A stretch of 64,000 nt of DNA, taken from positions 1 to 64,000 of IMG/VR virus record IMGVR_UViG_3300023179_000056, one strand, 5' to 3'. Within the stretch, counting starts at the first letter, position 1, and every line of letters starts with the position of its first letter. The position numbers and the translations under genes are program-made. The DNA is from a virus. Shown here one piece after another: positions 19,244 through 28,040 of the stretch. The notes under the pieces are model-generated. The model was given only the letters and a program-made list of their open reading frames with translations, was not told where the DNA came from and ran no database searches.

Positions 19244-19696
19244 AGACTTGCTACGCAAGTCTATTGATTCGCTATCGCTCATCAATCTTATTTTGATCTA
19301 AAGAGCGAAGCAAAAAGTCTTCATGTAGATTGTTTTAGTCAGACGGAACCGTTTTGCACGGTTCCGTCTTTTGTCCTCATGTGAGTTGTCACAGCCAAGA
19401 CATTGGAAATAGGTGTTTTTACCGTGTTGCTAATGGGCTCTGATCTTTCCCAACCTACATCGACTCGCTGACAACAGCGTCTTAGACCTCGTTCCTAGTG
19501 TCTAAGTTTTTATAGCACGGTTTTTGGTATGCTAACATTCATACTATATCAATGCGTCGGGCGTATGGTTCTACCCGCACACTCACTTCCGATTTTTCAG
19601 GATAGTCAGATCTACTGACGGGAGTGCATCAATATGTCACGTGTCCGGTTATTCCCCGGTTTTTCCACAGCGGTATTACAAACTGGCCCGCCAACC
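19244..19696 (-). ncRNA. Candidate structured ncRNA or origin-like element (unassigned)
   Basis: ORF-free 450 nt with many inverted repeats, including a perfect 12-bp stem at 19341-19369; strand inferred from A-rich linkers. Confidence 0.45.
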
Positions 19697-20137
19697 TTAA
19701 GTGTTAGATTGAATTTTGCCTTTGATATGAGAACCATTGATCCGACAATTTATAATGCCATTATAATAGTCATCGGATTCTAAAACTTTTCTCAATATTT
19801 GTTCTTTAAGCTCAATGTAAGATGTTGCTGCCTTGCTGTCACAGTAGTGTAGTATTTCTCTTGTGAAATTTTCTTTGCCCAAGCTGTTGATGTCTGCATG
19901 AAGATTGGGGCTGCTACCCCAATAGTCTCGCCAGTCTGAATCAACCTTGCTGCGTATTCGTTTTTTCTTTTTGATGCCGTTTTTCTGCTTAATTACTTTG
20001 TAAGTGGTTTTTGAGAACTTTGCCAGTTTTTTGCCTATGTATTTGCGTCCATTGAGATTATTTGTGATCAAGTAAACAAATCCTACACATGAGTCGGGCA
20101 ATGTCTCTACTGGGGTGTTTTGATATAGCCATGTCAT
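19697..20137 (-). CDS. GIY-YIG endonuclease II-like (DenA-like) protein
   Basis: GFVYLITN..NGRKYIGKK, SDWRDYWGSS, FTREIL, E..EQ, YYN. Confidence 0.8.
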   Translation of the reverse strand: MTWLYQNTPVETLPDSCVGFVYLITNNLNGRKYIGKKLAKFSKTTYKVIKQKNGIKKKKRIRSKVDSDWRDYWGSSPNLHADINSLGKENFTREILHYCDSKAATSYIELKEQILRKVLESDDYYNGIINCRINGSHIKGKIQSNT

Positions 20138-20166
20138 GTTGCAGTTGTGTTACTTGAGTCATATAG

Positions 20167-20751
20167 TTATGCCTTGAAGTTGAAATTAACATAAAAAGTT
20201 GCCTGTTCTATTGTTGTGTTTGCGTTGATATTTGTAGTATAGTTAATAAAGTTGCTGATGTCTTCTAGTGCTTGTCCATTGCCAGTCCATGTGGGTCTGC
20301 TACGGCTGAGTTCTGTATCCAATCTGTCTAGTGTGAGTAAAGTTGTGCGGAATCGCACCTGATCTTGTTTAAATGCCTGCGATCCTTGTCTGCTGGCATG
20401 ACTCAATGCTGCTTTGCTGATCCTGTATGTTTCCCATCTGGGTTCAGGTGCCACGATACTTTGTTCGCCTACTGATCCAATATTAAAAATCCAACCGGAT
20501 TTATCAGCTGCTTTCCAAGCGTCGTAAACAGCCATGTATAACTGTGTCTGTCCAAAATTGGCCCAGGATTCTTGCGGCGGCCCATCAAATGCGTTATTCA
20601 CAAACACATCATAGTCGAGACTCAACGCTGAGATCTCTTGATGATTTTTTGTGATATCAAACCCATCTGCTCGACTGATGCTCACAGCACCAAATCGCTC
20701 TACTAGGTGTTGTCCTAGCCCTCTGTTACCACCGGTTACTAACATTTTCAT
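20167..20751 (-). CDS. Short-chain dehydrogenase/reductase
   Basis: TGGNRGLG, NNA, NIGS, YRISK catalytic motif; ATGA overlap with the upstream stop. Confidence 0.85.
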   Translation of the reverse strand: MKMLVTGGNRGLGQHLVERFGAVSISRADGFDITKNHQEISALSLDYDVFVNNAFDGPPQESWANFGQTQLYMAVYDAWKAADKSGWIFNIGSVGEQSIVAPEPRWETYRISKAALSHASRQGSQAFKQDQVRFRTTLLTLDRLDTELSRSRPTWTGNGQALEDISNFINYTTNINANTTIEQATFYVNFNFKA

Positions 20752-21851
20752 TTGTAGGATCCTCCTTGATCCCATACTTTGGTAAATTTACTGCCACAAG
20801 TCATTGCACATTCAAATAACCTATGTTCATTAGTCCAACTATCTACTAGGTCGGCCCACATGGTATTTTCAAACACACCAGCCAATGAGTTGTTGTGTAT
20901 GTTAAGATTGTCTAATCCGTATCTTGACAAGAAGTCTGTGATCTGATTACGATCATTGCGCCGGCTCAACGGATTGGCCCCTGGCAAACTACCATCTCTG
21001 AATCTAGCATCATACAAGTTGTGATTGAAAAAATTGCAAGGTAACACTATACCTTGGGCATTGATGGCCACTTTACGACCCATCAAGGCATCACATCGTA
21101 TAGGTGTAGTATCAAAATATTCCTTGACTGATGCATATTGTTTTTTAAGTTCAGGCAAAAACATCATACTGGTATTGCGATAGTCTGGATTCTCTGGAGG
21201 TTCTAACAATTGGTTGCTGTTTTTCACAGGCCATGCGTGGATCTCTTCCATGGTCTCATGATTGAGAAATCTGCCAGTCTTGCGAACTAAAATGTTGTGG
21301 AATCCCATGCTGTTGGCCAGTTGTTTGGCCTGTTCAACTTGATGTTCGTTGTGTCGGAACACAATGTAGTTCCATTGAGCACGACCACCAGCCGCAATAA
21401 ACGACTGTGCATTGGCTATCACCTTGGAATACTTTACATTCTTGCGATACAGATGTAGTGTATCTTCAAGCCCATCAATGCCAAAGTCAATCTGCCCATA
21501 CCCATTCATGATATCAGCTATCTCTGCCCAGTACTCGGGGTCATGCACACCACCATTGGTATGCATGTACAACCATAGTGTGGGATTCTTGCTGCGAAAA
21601 TCACGCAGTATGCCCAGGAAGTCTGGATGCATGATAGGATCGCCATAACTGCCGCAGAAGAATATCTGTCTGAGACGACTGCAAAGATCCGGATCAAATG
21701 CACGATCTATCACAGCACGATCAAGATGTGTCAATGGCATGTAAGGGTTAATGCCGTGGCCGAGATCATTACGTGGGCATTGCGGACAAGCCGCATTGCA
21801 ATATGTGGTTATCTCAATTTGATATTCGTCAATTACAGAAAAATCAAACAA
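20748..21851 (-). CDS. Radical SAM protein with SPASM/twitch-like C-terminus
   Basis: CNAACPQC, GSYGDP, HTNG, IDGL and a C-terminal Cys cluster. Likely TTG start 21851 overlapping the upstream stop, with GAGG RBS. Confidence 0.88.
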   Translation of the reverse strand: MFDFSVIDEYQIEITTYCNAACPQCPRNDLGHGINPYMPLTHLDRAVIDRAFDPDLCSRLRQIFFCGSYGDPIMHPDFLGILRDFRSKNPTLWLYMHTNGGVHDPEYWAEIADIMNGYGQIDFGIDGLEDTLHLYRKNVKYSKVIANAQSFIAAGGRAQWNYIVFRHNEHQVEQAKQLANSMGFHNILVRKTGRFLNHETMEEIHAWPVKNSNQLLEPPENPDYRNTSMMFLPELKKQYASVKEYFDTTPIRCDALMGRKVAINAQGIVLPCNFFNHNLYDARFRDGSLPGANPLSRRNDRNQITDFLSRYGLDNLNIHNNSLAGVFENTMWADLVDSWTNEHRLFECAMTCGSKFTKVWDQGGSYK

Positions 21852-22710
21852 GTTCGACCTCTCTCTGCCATTGGCTACTGAAACTGGTTTTTGAGTCAGT
21901 AGTTCTGCATGTGATTTGGCATATAGGATTAGGTGTATCTGATTTCCAAGTTGTCTGTACTTGTTTGATGTCAGACACAGTGTCAGATCGTGATTCACCT
22001 AGCCAGCAGCAAGGGCTCAATCGACCTTGTGCATCTATGTAAGCACTTTTTTCCTGGAGTGCATGGCAGTTGATTGGGCCTTGTGCAACAATAGGTAGCT
22101 GCCACCCTGTTGGTGTTTGTAAATTTGAATTTGCTAATTCTCGACTGGAGACCTTGGCTCGAAACCATTTAAACCCCATGTCTCTTGCTACCTGTTCGCA
22201 TTCTTCCACTTGATGTTGATTGTGTCGGTACACCAACATGTCCCAATGTGCAAACCCACCTGCTTCTATGTAAGCCTGTGCATTGGCCATCAGCTTGCGC
22301 CAATCCACACCACGACGGTATGTGGCATTGGTATCTTCTAAACCATCAATGCTGAATACAACATAATCACGTGGCTGATCAAACATGCGACCCAGTTCGT
22401 GCCACCAGAATGTGTTTTGTATAGCACCATTGGTGTTCATGCCCAGAGTGATGTCGGGATTGAGTTGTCGGAACCAGCGATAGATATCCAATGTGTGTTT
22501 GGCAGCGGCTGGATCGCCATACACTCCACACATGAACATCTTGTTGAGATTTGAAATCACACGATCACTGAAATGCTTTTGTATCTGCGAGATCGTGAGG
22601 TGATGTTGAAGTCTTTTGTTAAACTCTGGATTGACCTCTCTGGCACACAACGGACATGCCGCTTGGCACACATCTGTGGGCTCTAGATGTAAGACTTTGA
22701 TTCTACGCAA
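21844..22710 (-). CDS. Radical SAM protein (paralogue of the neighbour)
   Basis: CQAACPLC, GVYGDP, NTNG, SIDGLEDT, SPCCW. Likely TTG start 22710 overlapping the gp46 stop. Confidence 0.88.
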   Translation of the reverse strand: MRRIKVLHLEPTDVCQAACPLCAREVNPEFNKRLQHHLTISQIQKHFSDRVISNLNKMFMCGVYGDPAAAKHTLDIYRWFRQLNPDITLGMNTNGAIQNTFWWHELGRMFDQPRDYVVFSIDGLEDTNATYRRGVDWRKLMANAQAYIEAGGFAHWDMLVYRHNQHQVEECEQVARDMGFKWFRAKVSSRELANSNLQTPTGWQLPIVAQGPINCHALQEKSAYIDAQGRLSPCCWLGESRSDTVSDIKQVQTTWKSDTPNPICQITCRTTDSKTSFSSQWQREVELV

Positions 22711-24688
22711 TTTCCACGTCCGTGCTATAACTAGTGAATCCATTCTCTTTCACTACCTTGAGAATGTTCTCTACCCTGCTGGTCAGTTCGTCTCTGTGAC
22801 TTACCAACCAGATGCTCTTGTGTCGCTCTCTGCTCATCTTCTTCAGCAAAGCCAATGCGTTCTCCACACCTTGTGTGTCTAACCCAGAATCGATCATCTC
22901 GTCAATGAACAAGATATTGATAGGTTGATACAGACTTTCCCACACATCGCGGAATGCCCAACTCATGCTCAATATCAGTCTGTTGCGTTCACCACGTGAT
23001 AAGTTGTCAAAGTCCAGTTCACGACCCAGTTCTTCAATGCTCACGGTGAGATCGTTCTGGAACTTCACAGTGTGCGGCAATCCAATTCTATCAAGATAAT
23101 GCGTGAGTCTTGAGTTGAGATAACTCAAGTTCTGATCAATGATCTTCTTACGCACAAAGCTGTCTTTGCTGGTGAGCAGTTTCAACAAGAACTCTTGATG
23201 TTCTTGCACCCTGACAAACTCGTTTAGTGTATCGTAGCTGACCACTTGCAATGCTTGATTCTGCATGTCTGCAATTTGTTCAGCATATGGATCAGTATCT
23301 GCAGACCTTACTGCAAGATCCTTACGTAACGTGTCTACTGTATTTTTGTGATTAAGTGCTTGTTCTAAGTTGTCATAAAATACCACAGGCGCTGTGCCTA
23401 GAGTACCAATCGTTGTTAGTGTGGCTTGATGTTCCAATCGTTGTGTATCATTAGTTAACAATTGCAAAGCTAATTCTTGAAGATTTTTTTCACGCTGTGT
23501 TTTTACAGTATCAAGACTGTTGTCGTGTATTTCGGTACCACAAGCAAAGCATTTGTGTGAAGCAATTTGCCCAAGATCTTTTTGAATCTGATCCACTTGC
23601 TTTTGCAATTTTGCATCGTCAGCATTGATCTGTTTGATCCAGCGATTTGCATCATCTGAAGATTTCTTGCGCACATGATATGCTTCGAGGTCTCTATGTG
23701 ATTGAATTTCTGCCGCAATATCAATATGTTCAAGATCACTGATACCTTGAGTCAACGCAGCCACATCTTCTGCTTGTTTGCGAATCCACAGTACACGACG
23801 CTTTTCCAAACTTTGTATTTGTTCTTCGATACGTTTGTTGGCTTCTTGCACAGCCCGGATACGCAGTTCTTCAGATTGGATAGAATCCTTGGTCTGTCTG
23901 TTGAGTTCTTTGATACGGTCCGCACGTTCGCTCAGTAAGGTGATACCCAGCAGTTGTTCAATAATGGTTCGTTGTTCATTGGCTTTGAGACTCAAAAACG
24001 GTGGTGTATATGTGTTTAATGCAACAATGTGTTGAAACATGTCGTGGCTCATGCCCAACACACGCTCAATGGCTTCTTGTGTTTCACGACTATCGCCTTG
24101 CGCCTCGTCCTGTGCTGCTTGATGTTGATCATTTACATAGAACCGGAGCACGTTGGGTTTGCGACCGCGTTCGATACGATAGTTCTGACTGCCTACAGAA
24201 AAATCAAGACTGACCATCATATGTTTGGCATTGGTCTTGTTCACAAGATTGTCTTTGCGGATGTTGCTCAAGGCTTGACCATACAGGGCATAACTTAATG
24301 CATTGACAATTGTGGTGTTATGCGATAAAATTCCACTGGTAAAATATCGGTGATTGGCCGAATCCACTGAAATATCATACATGTTTTCCATGTGCGGATG
24401 CTGGACCACAGAAGTAACCAATTCTGGTCCAGAATTGGTTTGAATCACTGAAACATTTGGTATGAGATTCTTCACATAGATTTCAGTCAAGTTGTGGTCA
24501 AATACAATATGGTCGTCTGCACACCTTAATGTCAGTCCCGATTGAGTTTGAATGGACCAGACTTGGTATGGTATTGTTTTAAATATCTTAGAAACAGGAT
24601 GCCATCCAGTATCGGTTTCTATTTCTAAATTGTCAAGATCAACGATGTCGACAAATTTTCTAGTTACTGTGTCAGAAATTGAATGCAT
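22703..24688 (-). CDS. gp46: gp46 (SbcC/Rad50-like ATPase) C-terminal part fused to a C-intein (aa 1-124)
   Basis: Intein motifs CADDH, MYDISV and ILSHN|T; then a coiled coil with CFAC zinc hook, LSRGE signature, FIDE Walker B and VSH. Confidence 0.92.
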   Translation of the reverse strand: MHSISDTVTRKFVDIVDLDNLEIETDTGWHPVSKIFKTIPYQVWSIQTQSGLTLRCADDHIVFDHNLTEIYVKNLIPNVSVIQTNSGPELVTSVVQHPHMENMYDISVDSANHRYFTSGILSHNTTIVNALSYALYGQALSNIRKDNLVNKTNAKHMMVSLDFSVGSQNYRIERGRKPNVLRFYVNDQHQAAQDEAQGDSRETQEAIERVLGMSHDMFQHIVALNTYTPPFLSLKANEQRTIIEQLLGITLLSERADRIKELNRQTKDSIQSEELRIRAVQEANKRIEEQIQSLEKRRVLWIRKQAEDVAALTQGISDLEHIDIAAEIQSHRDLEAYHVRKKSSDDANRWIKQINADDAKLQKQVDQIQKDLGQIASHKCFACGTEIHDNSLDTVKTQREKNLQELALQLLTNDTQRLEHQATLTTIGTLGTAPVVFYDNLEQALNHKNTVDTLRKDLAVRSADTDPYAEQIADMQNQALQVVSYDTLNEFVRVQEHQEFLLKLLTSKDSFVRKKIIDQNLSYLNSRLTHYLDRIGLPHTVKFQNDLTVSIEELGRELDFDNLSRGERNRLILSMSWAFRDVWESLYQPINILFIDEMIDSGLDTQGVENALALLKKMSRERHKSIWLVSHRDELTSRVENILKVVKENGFTSYSTDVEIA

Positions 24689-25773
24689 TTTTTAATTACT
24701 TCCTCTTTATTTTTCTTAAAATCACTTTCCCAAATTACCAATACTTCATAGCCTTGATCTCGAGCATATTGTAATTTTATGCGATCTGAATCCCATTTGT
24801 TAGTGGCTCTGAGCTTGGTTCTTGGGTTTATAAATTCAGAAGAATACCTGGCTGGGTTGCAATGCCAAAAATCTCCATTATATTCGATAATTTTATTGTT
24901 GACTTGTATGTCATACACATACTGCTTTTTATTTGAGTTAACCAGGGTAAACTGATGACACACCGTTGGTATGACTTGTTTTATTTCATTGAGTAGAATT
25001 TTTTCAGCCTTGGAAACAGTGATGCCTTTAGATAATTTTAACCGATTAATCCTGGCTTTTTCTTCCTGAGATTTTGCATTTAAAGTATTTTGCCACTTCT
25101 CTTGTCTGTTGTTCCAAACTTTTAATCCTTCTAATTCGCCGTGTTTTTGTATGCATATTTCTTTTGAAAAATATTTTTGGGAATTAGACCGCATGATTGC
25201 TGCTTCTTCATCTGAATGGCCTCTGGCAGTATAGTATTCTATACAACGCTTAGAGGTTGCCCGACGAATGTCGGTAGTAGCTGCATTGTTTGCTCCTTTT
25301 TTATTATTTTTAAATTTAGCATCAACAGCGAGCTGCTTGGCAATTTCTTGTGTATATCCCTTTTTAATCCAGTATTCTGGTCGAATTGGTCTACGACTGT
25401 TTCGTTCAAAGTCTGCTTCAATTTCCGTATAGTTATTACCAGTAACTGGATTGATTTTTTTGGTCCAAAATTCCATTGAATATGGACTATCACGATTTGC
25501 TTTTTTATTCACAATTTGCATGTGTGCTGCGGCATTTACTTTGGCTTGTATGCTGTCCCATCCTCGGTCGGTCCAATATTTTGGACTTCCTTGGGATAAG
25601 TTGGTGCAAGGAAACATACTATATGCTAATTTCATGCCAGTACGCATACATTTGATATCTGGTGCATTTATTAGTGCATTGAACATAAATTCTCGTTTTT
25701 TACCATCAAGATTTTTAATCCGTTGGTCTAAAATTTTATTCACTATCTCTAGTTTGCTCAGATTTGATGCCAT
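24664..25773 (-). CDS. Vsr-like (PD-D/ExK) homing endonuclease between the split-intein halves
   Basis: C-terminal YDIQ..IIEYNGDFWHCNP..D..K..GYEVLVIWE; N-terminal YW..RG....A repeats. Confidence 0.8.
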   Translation of the reverse strand: MASNLSKLEIVNKILDQRIKNLDGKKREFMFNALINAPDIKCMRTGMKLAYSMFPCTNLSQGSPKYWTDRGWDSIQAKVNAAAHMQIVNKKANRDSPYSMEFWTKKINPVTGNNYTEIEADFERNSRRPIRPEYWIKKGYTQEIAKQLAVDAKFKNNKKGANNAATTDIRRATSKRCIEYYTARGHSDEEAAIMRSNSQKYFSKEICIQKHGELEGLKVWNNRQEKWQNTLNAKSQEEKARINRLKLSKGITVSKAEKILLNEIKQVIPTVCHQFTLVNSNKKQYVYDIQVNNKIIEYNGDFWHCNPARYSSEFINPRTKLRATNKWDSDRIKLQYARDQGYEVLVIWESDFKKNKEEVIKKCIQFLTQ

Positions 25774-26005
25774 GATATAGTTCTCCCATAGTTAGTTCGG
25801 ATATTTCCCCTGTTAGGGTATTACGAACTTTTATAATAGTATTTATATCAACACACTTGCCTGTGCCATTGCGGGAGCCGTCCCCTCCCATATCCAAGTT
25901 TTCGCCTAGCACCAGCGTGAGATCGCTGCGATCAAAGTCAATGGCCTGCGTGGTGTTGCCCACGCTCATGAAGTTTTTTACTGTGAGATCACGTAGATGT
26001 ATCAT
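25736..26005 (-). CDS. gp46: gp46 N-terminal part (50 aa) fused to a 39-aa N-intein
   Basis: LTVKNFMSVGN...SRNGTGK|CVDINTII: Walker A interrupted by a Cys1 intein block A. Confidence 0.9.
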   Translation of the reverse strand: MIHLRDLTVKNFMSVGNTTQAIDFDRSDLTLVLGENLDMGGDGSRNGTGKCVDINTIIKVRNTLTGEISELTMGELYHGIKSEQTRDSE

Positions 26006-27018
26006 AGATTCTGATAAATTTTTAACAATAATTTGTTATCGTAGAATTCAGATTCAATGTTAGTGATCTGATCTGTAACAATCTGATCCACTGATTCAAA
26101 ACGTATCTCGCCAGGTGCTAGATCTGTGTCCACAGATGAATTCTTGTTGGGTATCAATGACATTTCTCTTAGATTGTAATCTTTAATGTATGTTTCTTTG
26201 ATAAAGTTGGCTTCTTCGTATGAAATCTCAATATCCAAGTTTACACGAACATGCATTCGAGGTGCAAGCAATGCGGCTGCATTGTCGATGATATTGGCCA
26301 GTCCTAACACACGATAACGTGGTTGATCAGGCCAAGCGTGATACACAGGGGTTTTACCCCATTCTATAATAGTAAGCCCACGCTCATCGTCGCCTGCGTC
26401 GGCATAGTTATGTGGAAATGCATTGCCAATATAAGTGATGTTCTTCTTGGTCTGACGTTTGTGAAAGTGCCCAGTGAAAACATGTTCAAAGTTTGAAAAG
26501 TCTTCTCTACGCACCTCACCGTGATCCGGCATTTCCACCATGGCATTCATCAAGTACCCGGGAAGTTCAAAATGCCCAAACATATATTTGCCTTTTAGTT
26601 TGGGAATACGCTTGTAGTCATCACCCACAAGCCAAGGAGCAATCACCACGTCACCGGCTGTGACCCAATCATTGCAAATTTCAACATTGGGCAAATGGCG
26701 AGCCCATTCAACACTTTGAATATCTCTTTTGTCACGATAATACAAGTCGTGATTGCCTGGAATGAAATACACACGCTCAAAATTTGCATTCATGTGCTCT
26801 AGACATTTTAGAGAATAATTTAACGTAAGGATATTAATTGATGCTCGATTATTATGATAATCGCCAAGAAAAAAACAAGTCTCGCATCCTTCTTCTTTTG
26901 CTTTTTTAACCATCCATTGAATGAATCCCCAACAGTCTTCGTTATGTAAGGTACTGTTAGATTTAAGACCCAGATGCAGATCAGTAAAAATTGCAGCCTT
27001 TTTAAATAGATTACTCAT
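26002..27018 (-). CDS. gp47: Recombination nuclease subunit (SbcD/Mre11-like)
   Basis: DLHLG, GD, GNHD and GHFH phosphoesterase motifs. Confidence 0.92.
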   Translation of the reverse strand: MSNLFKKAAIFTDLHLGLKSNSTLHNEDCWGFIQWMVKKAKEEGCETCFFLGDYHNNRASINILTLNYSLKCLEHMNANFERVYFIPGNHDLYYRDKRDIQSVEWARHLPNVEICNDWVTAGDVVIAPWLVGDDYKRIPKLKGKYMFGHFELPGYLMNAMVEMPDHGEVRREDFSNFEHVFTGHFHKRQTKKNITYIGNAFPHNYADAGDDERGLTIIEWGKTPVYHAWPDQPRYRVLGLANIIDNAAALLAPRMHVRVNLDIEISYEEANFIKETYIKDYNLREMSLIPNKNSSVDTDLAPGEIRFESVDQIVTDQITNIESEFYDNKLLLKIYQNL

Positions 27019-27030
27019 TAGTTGATTATA

Positions 27031-27930
27031 CTATTCTTCAAACGAGCTTACGACCGGTCCGGACATGGCCTCCATGCTGTGTTTGCCAGAGTTCTGTCTA
27101 GTCCAGGAAGGATTCAATCCGTTCATTTCCAGGATGTCATCACGTATGTTCTGCATCTTCTTTTCAATGTTTAGGATACGAGTAAAGCTATTGGTAATAG
27201 CAGCAGTGTAATATGCAAAAGGGTTCTGCGATTTTGATTCGTCAAACTGCAATCCAATTTGACTGAGTTGCAACAAGGCTTGCCCGCGCATTTCTTCATT
27301 GTAAGTATATCCCCTCCAATTTGATCTTGTGGCATAACGTTCACAAAGTTTCATAAACATCCGGGCCAAGGTGCGAGTCATTTCGCCGTGATCTTTAGAA
27401 AACTCACCAGTTTCGAGATCTCCCTTCCAATGACTTTTACCTACCAAGAACGGAACTTTGTTTTCATCCACACGATAGTGAAAAAATGGAGGAAAGTTCA
27501 CCCGCATGTGTGTGGGATCCAAGATTGGTTCATCAACTAAACCTGCTAATGCATCGTCTTCTGTGGGCTCGTCCAGTTCCAACAGCTCTTCCAATCGGCG
27601 TTTTTTAGCTGCTGCTTTGGTAATTTTCTTTGGCGCCATGGGTATGTGTTCCCAGGTCATAACACGAAAAACAATGTCTGTGTTGGGTATTTTTTTGGGA
27701 TCAATGATCTCACCAGTTTCACGGCGGATCCGCTCTGCTCGATTTCTACGTGCTTCTGCTGTGCTTTTTTGATTGATCTTGCTTACACTTGGTAAGATGA
27801 TGTCGTATTGATGATCCTGAACAGGATCTCTAAAAGCACAATAATTCTTTTTGCTAAGGTGAATTTCCTTGAGAATATCTCTGTTGTTGAGATAGTTGGT
27901 CTTTGGTGTTGCTCTTGTAATGGTTGCCAT
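27031..27930 (-). CDS. gp55: Late-transcription sigma factor
   Basis: NYLNN, NWRGYTYNEEM, FDESKSQNPFAYYT...EKK. Confidence 0.88.
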   Translation of the reverse strand: MATITRATPKTNYLNNRDILKEIHLSKKNYCAFRDPVQDHQYDIILPSVSKINQKSTAEARRNRAERIRRETGEIIDPKKIPNTDIVFRVMTWEHIPMAPKKITKAAAKKRRLEELLELDEPTEDDALAGLVDEPILDPTHMRVNFPPFFHYRVDENKVPFLVGKSHWKGDLETGEFSKDHGEMTRTLARMFMKLCERYATRSNWRGYTYNEEMRGQALLQLSQIGLQFDESKSQNPFAYYTAAITNSFTRILNIEKKMQNIRDDILEMNGLNPSWTRQNSGKHSMEAMSGPVVSSFEE

Positions 27931-27958
27931 TGGGGCAAGATCCTTTAAAATATTATTT

Positions 27959-27986
27959 ATTATAGCATATCTTCCCAGTTTGTCAA
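27959..27986 (-). promoter_or_regulatory. Consensus sigma70 promoter for the gp55-gp47-gp46 operon
   Basis: TTGACA-N16-TATAAT with extended TG on the minus strand. Confidence 0.8.
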
Positions 27987-27991
27987 TGATT

Positions 27992-28023
27992 ATAAACTAC
28001 GCGGTTTATTTTTTGGGTAAATA
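27992..28023 (+). promoter_or_regulatory. Palindrome ATAAAC-N6-GTTTAT plus late promoter GGTAAATA
   Basis: Same architecture recurs at 36087-36118. Confidence 0.55.
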
Positions 28024-28040
28024 AAGAGTAGGGAATTATC

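Noticed and set aside
19244-19696. Group I/II intron, tmRNA or RNase P identity for the structured region
   Set aside because: No interrupted gene flanks it and I found no convincing conserved core motifs.
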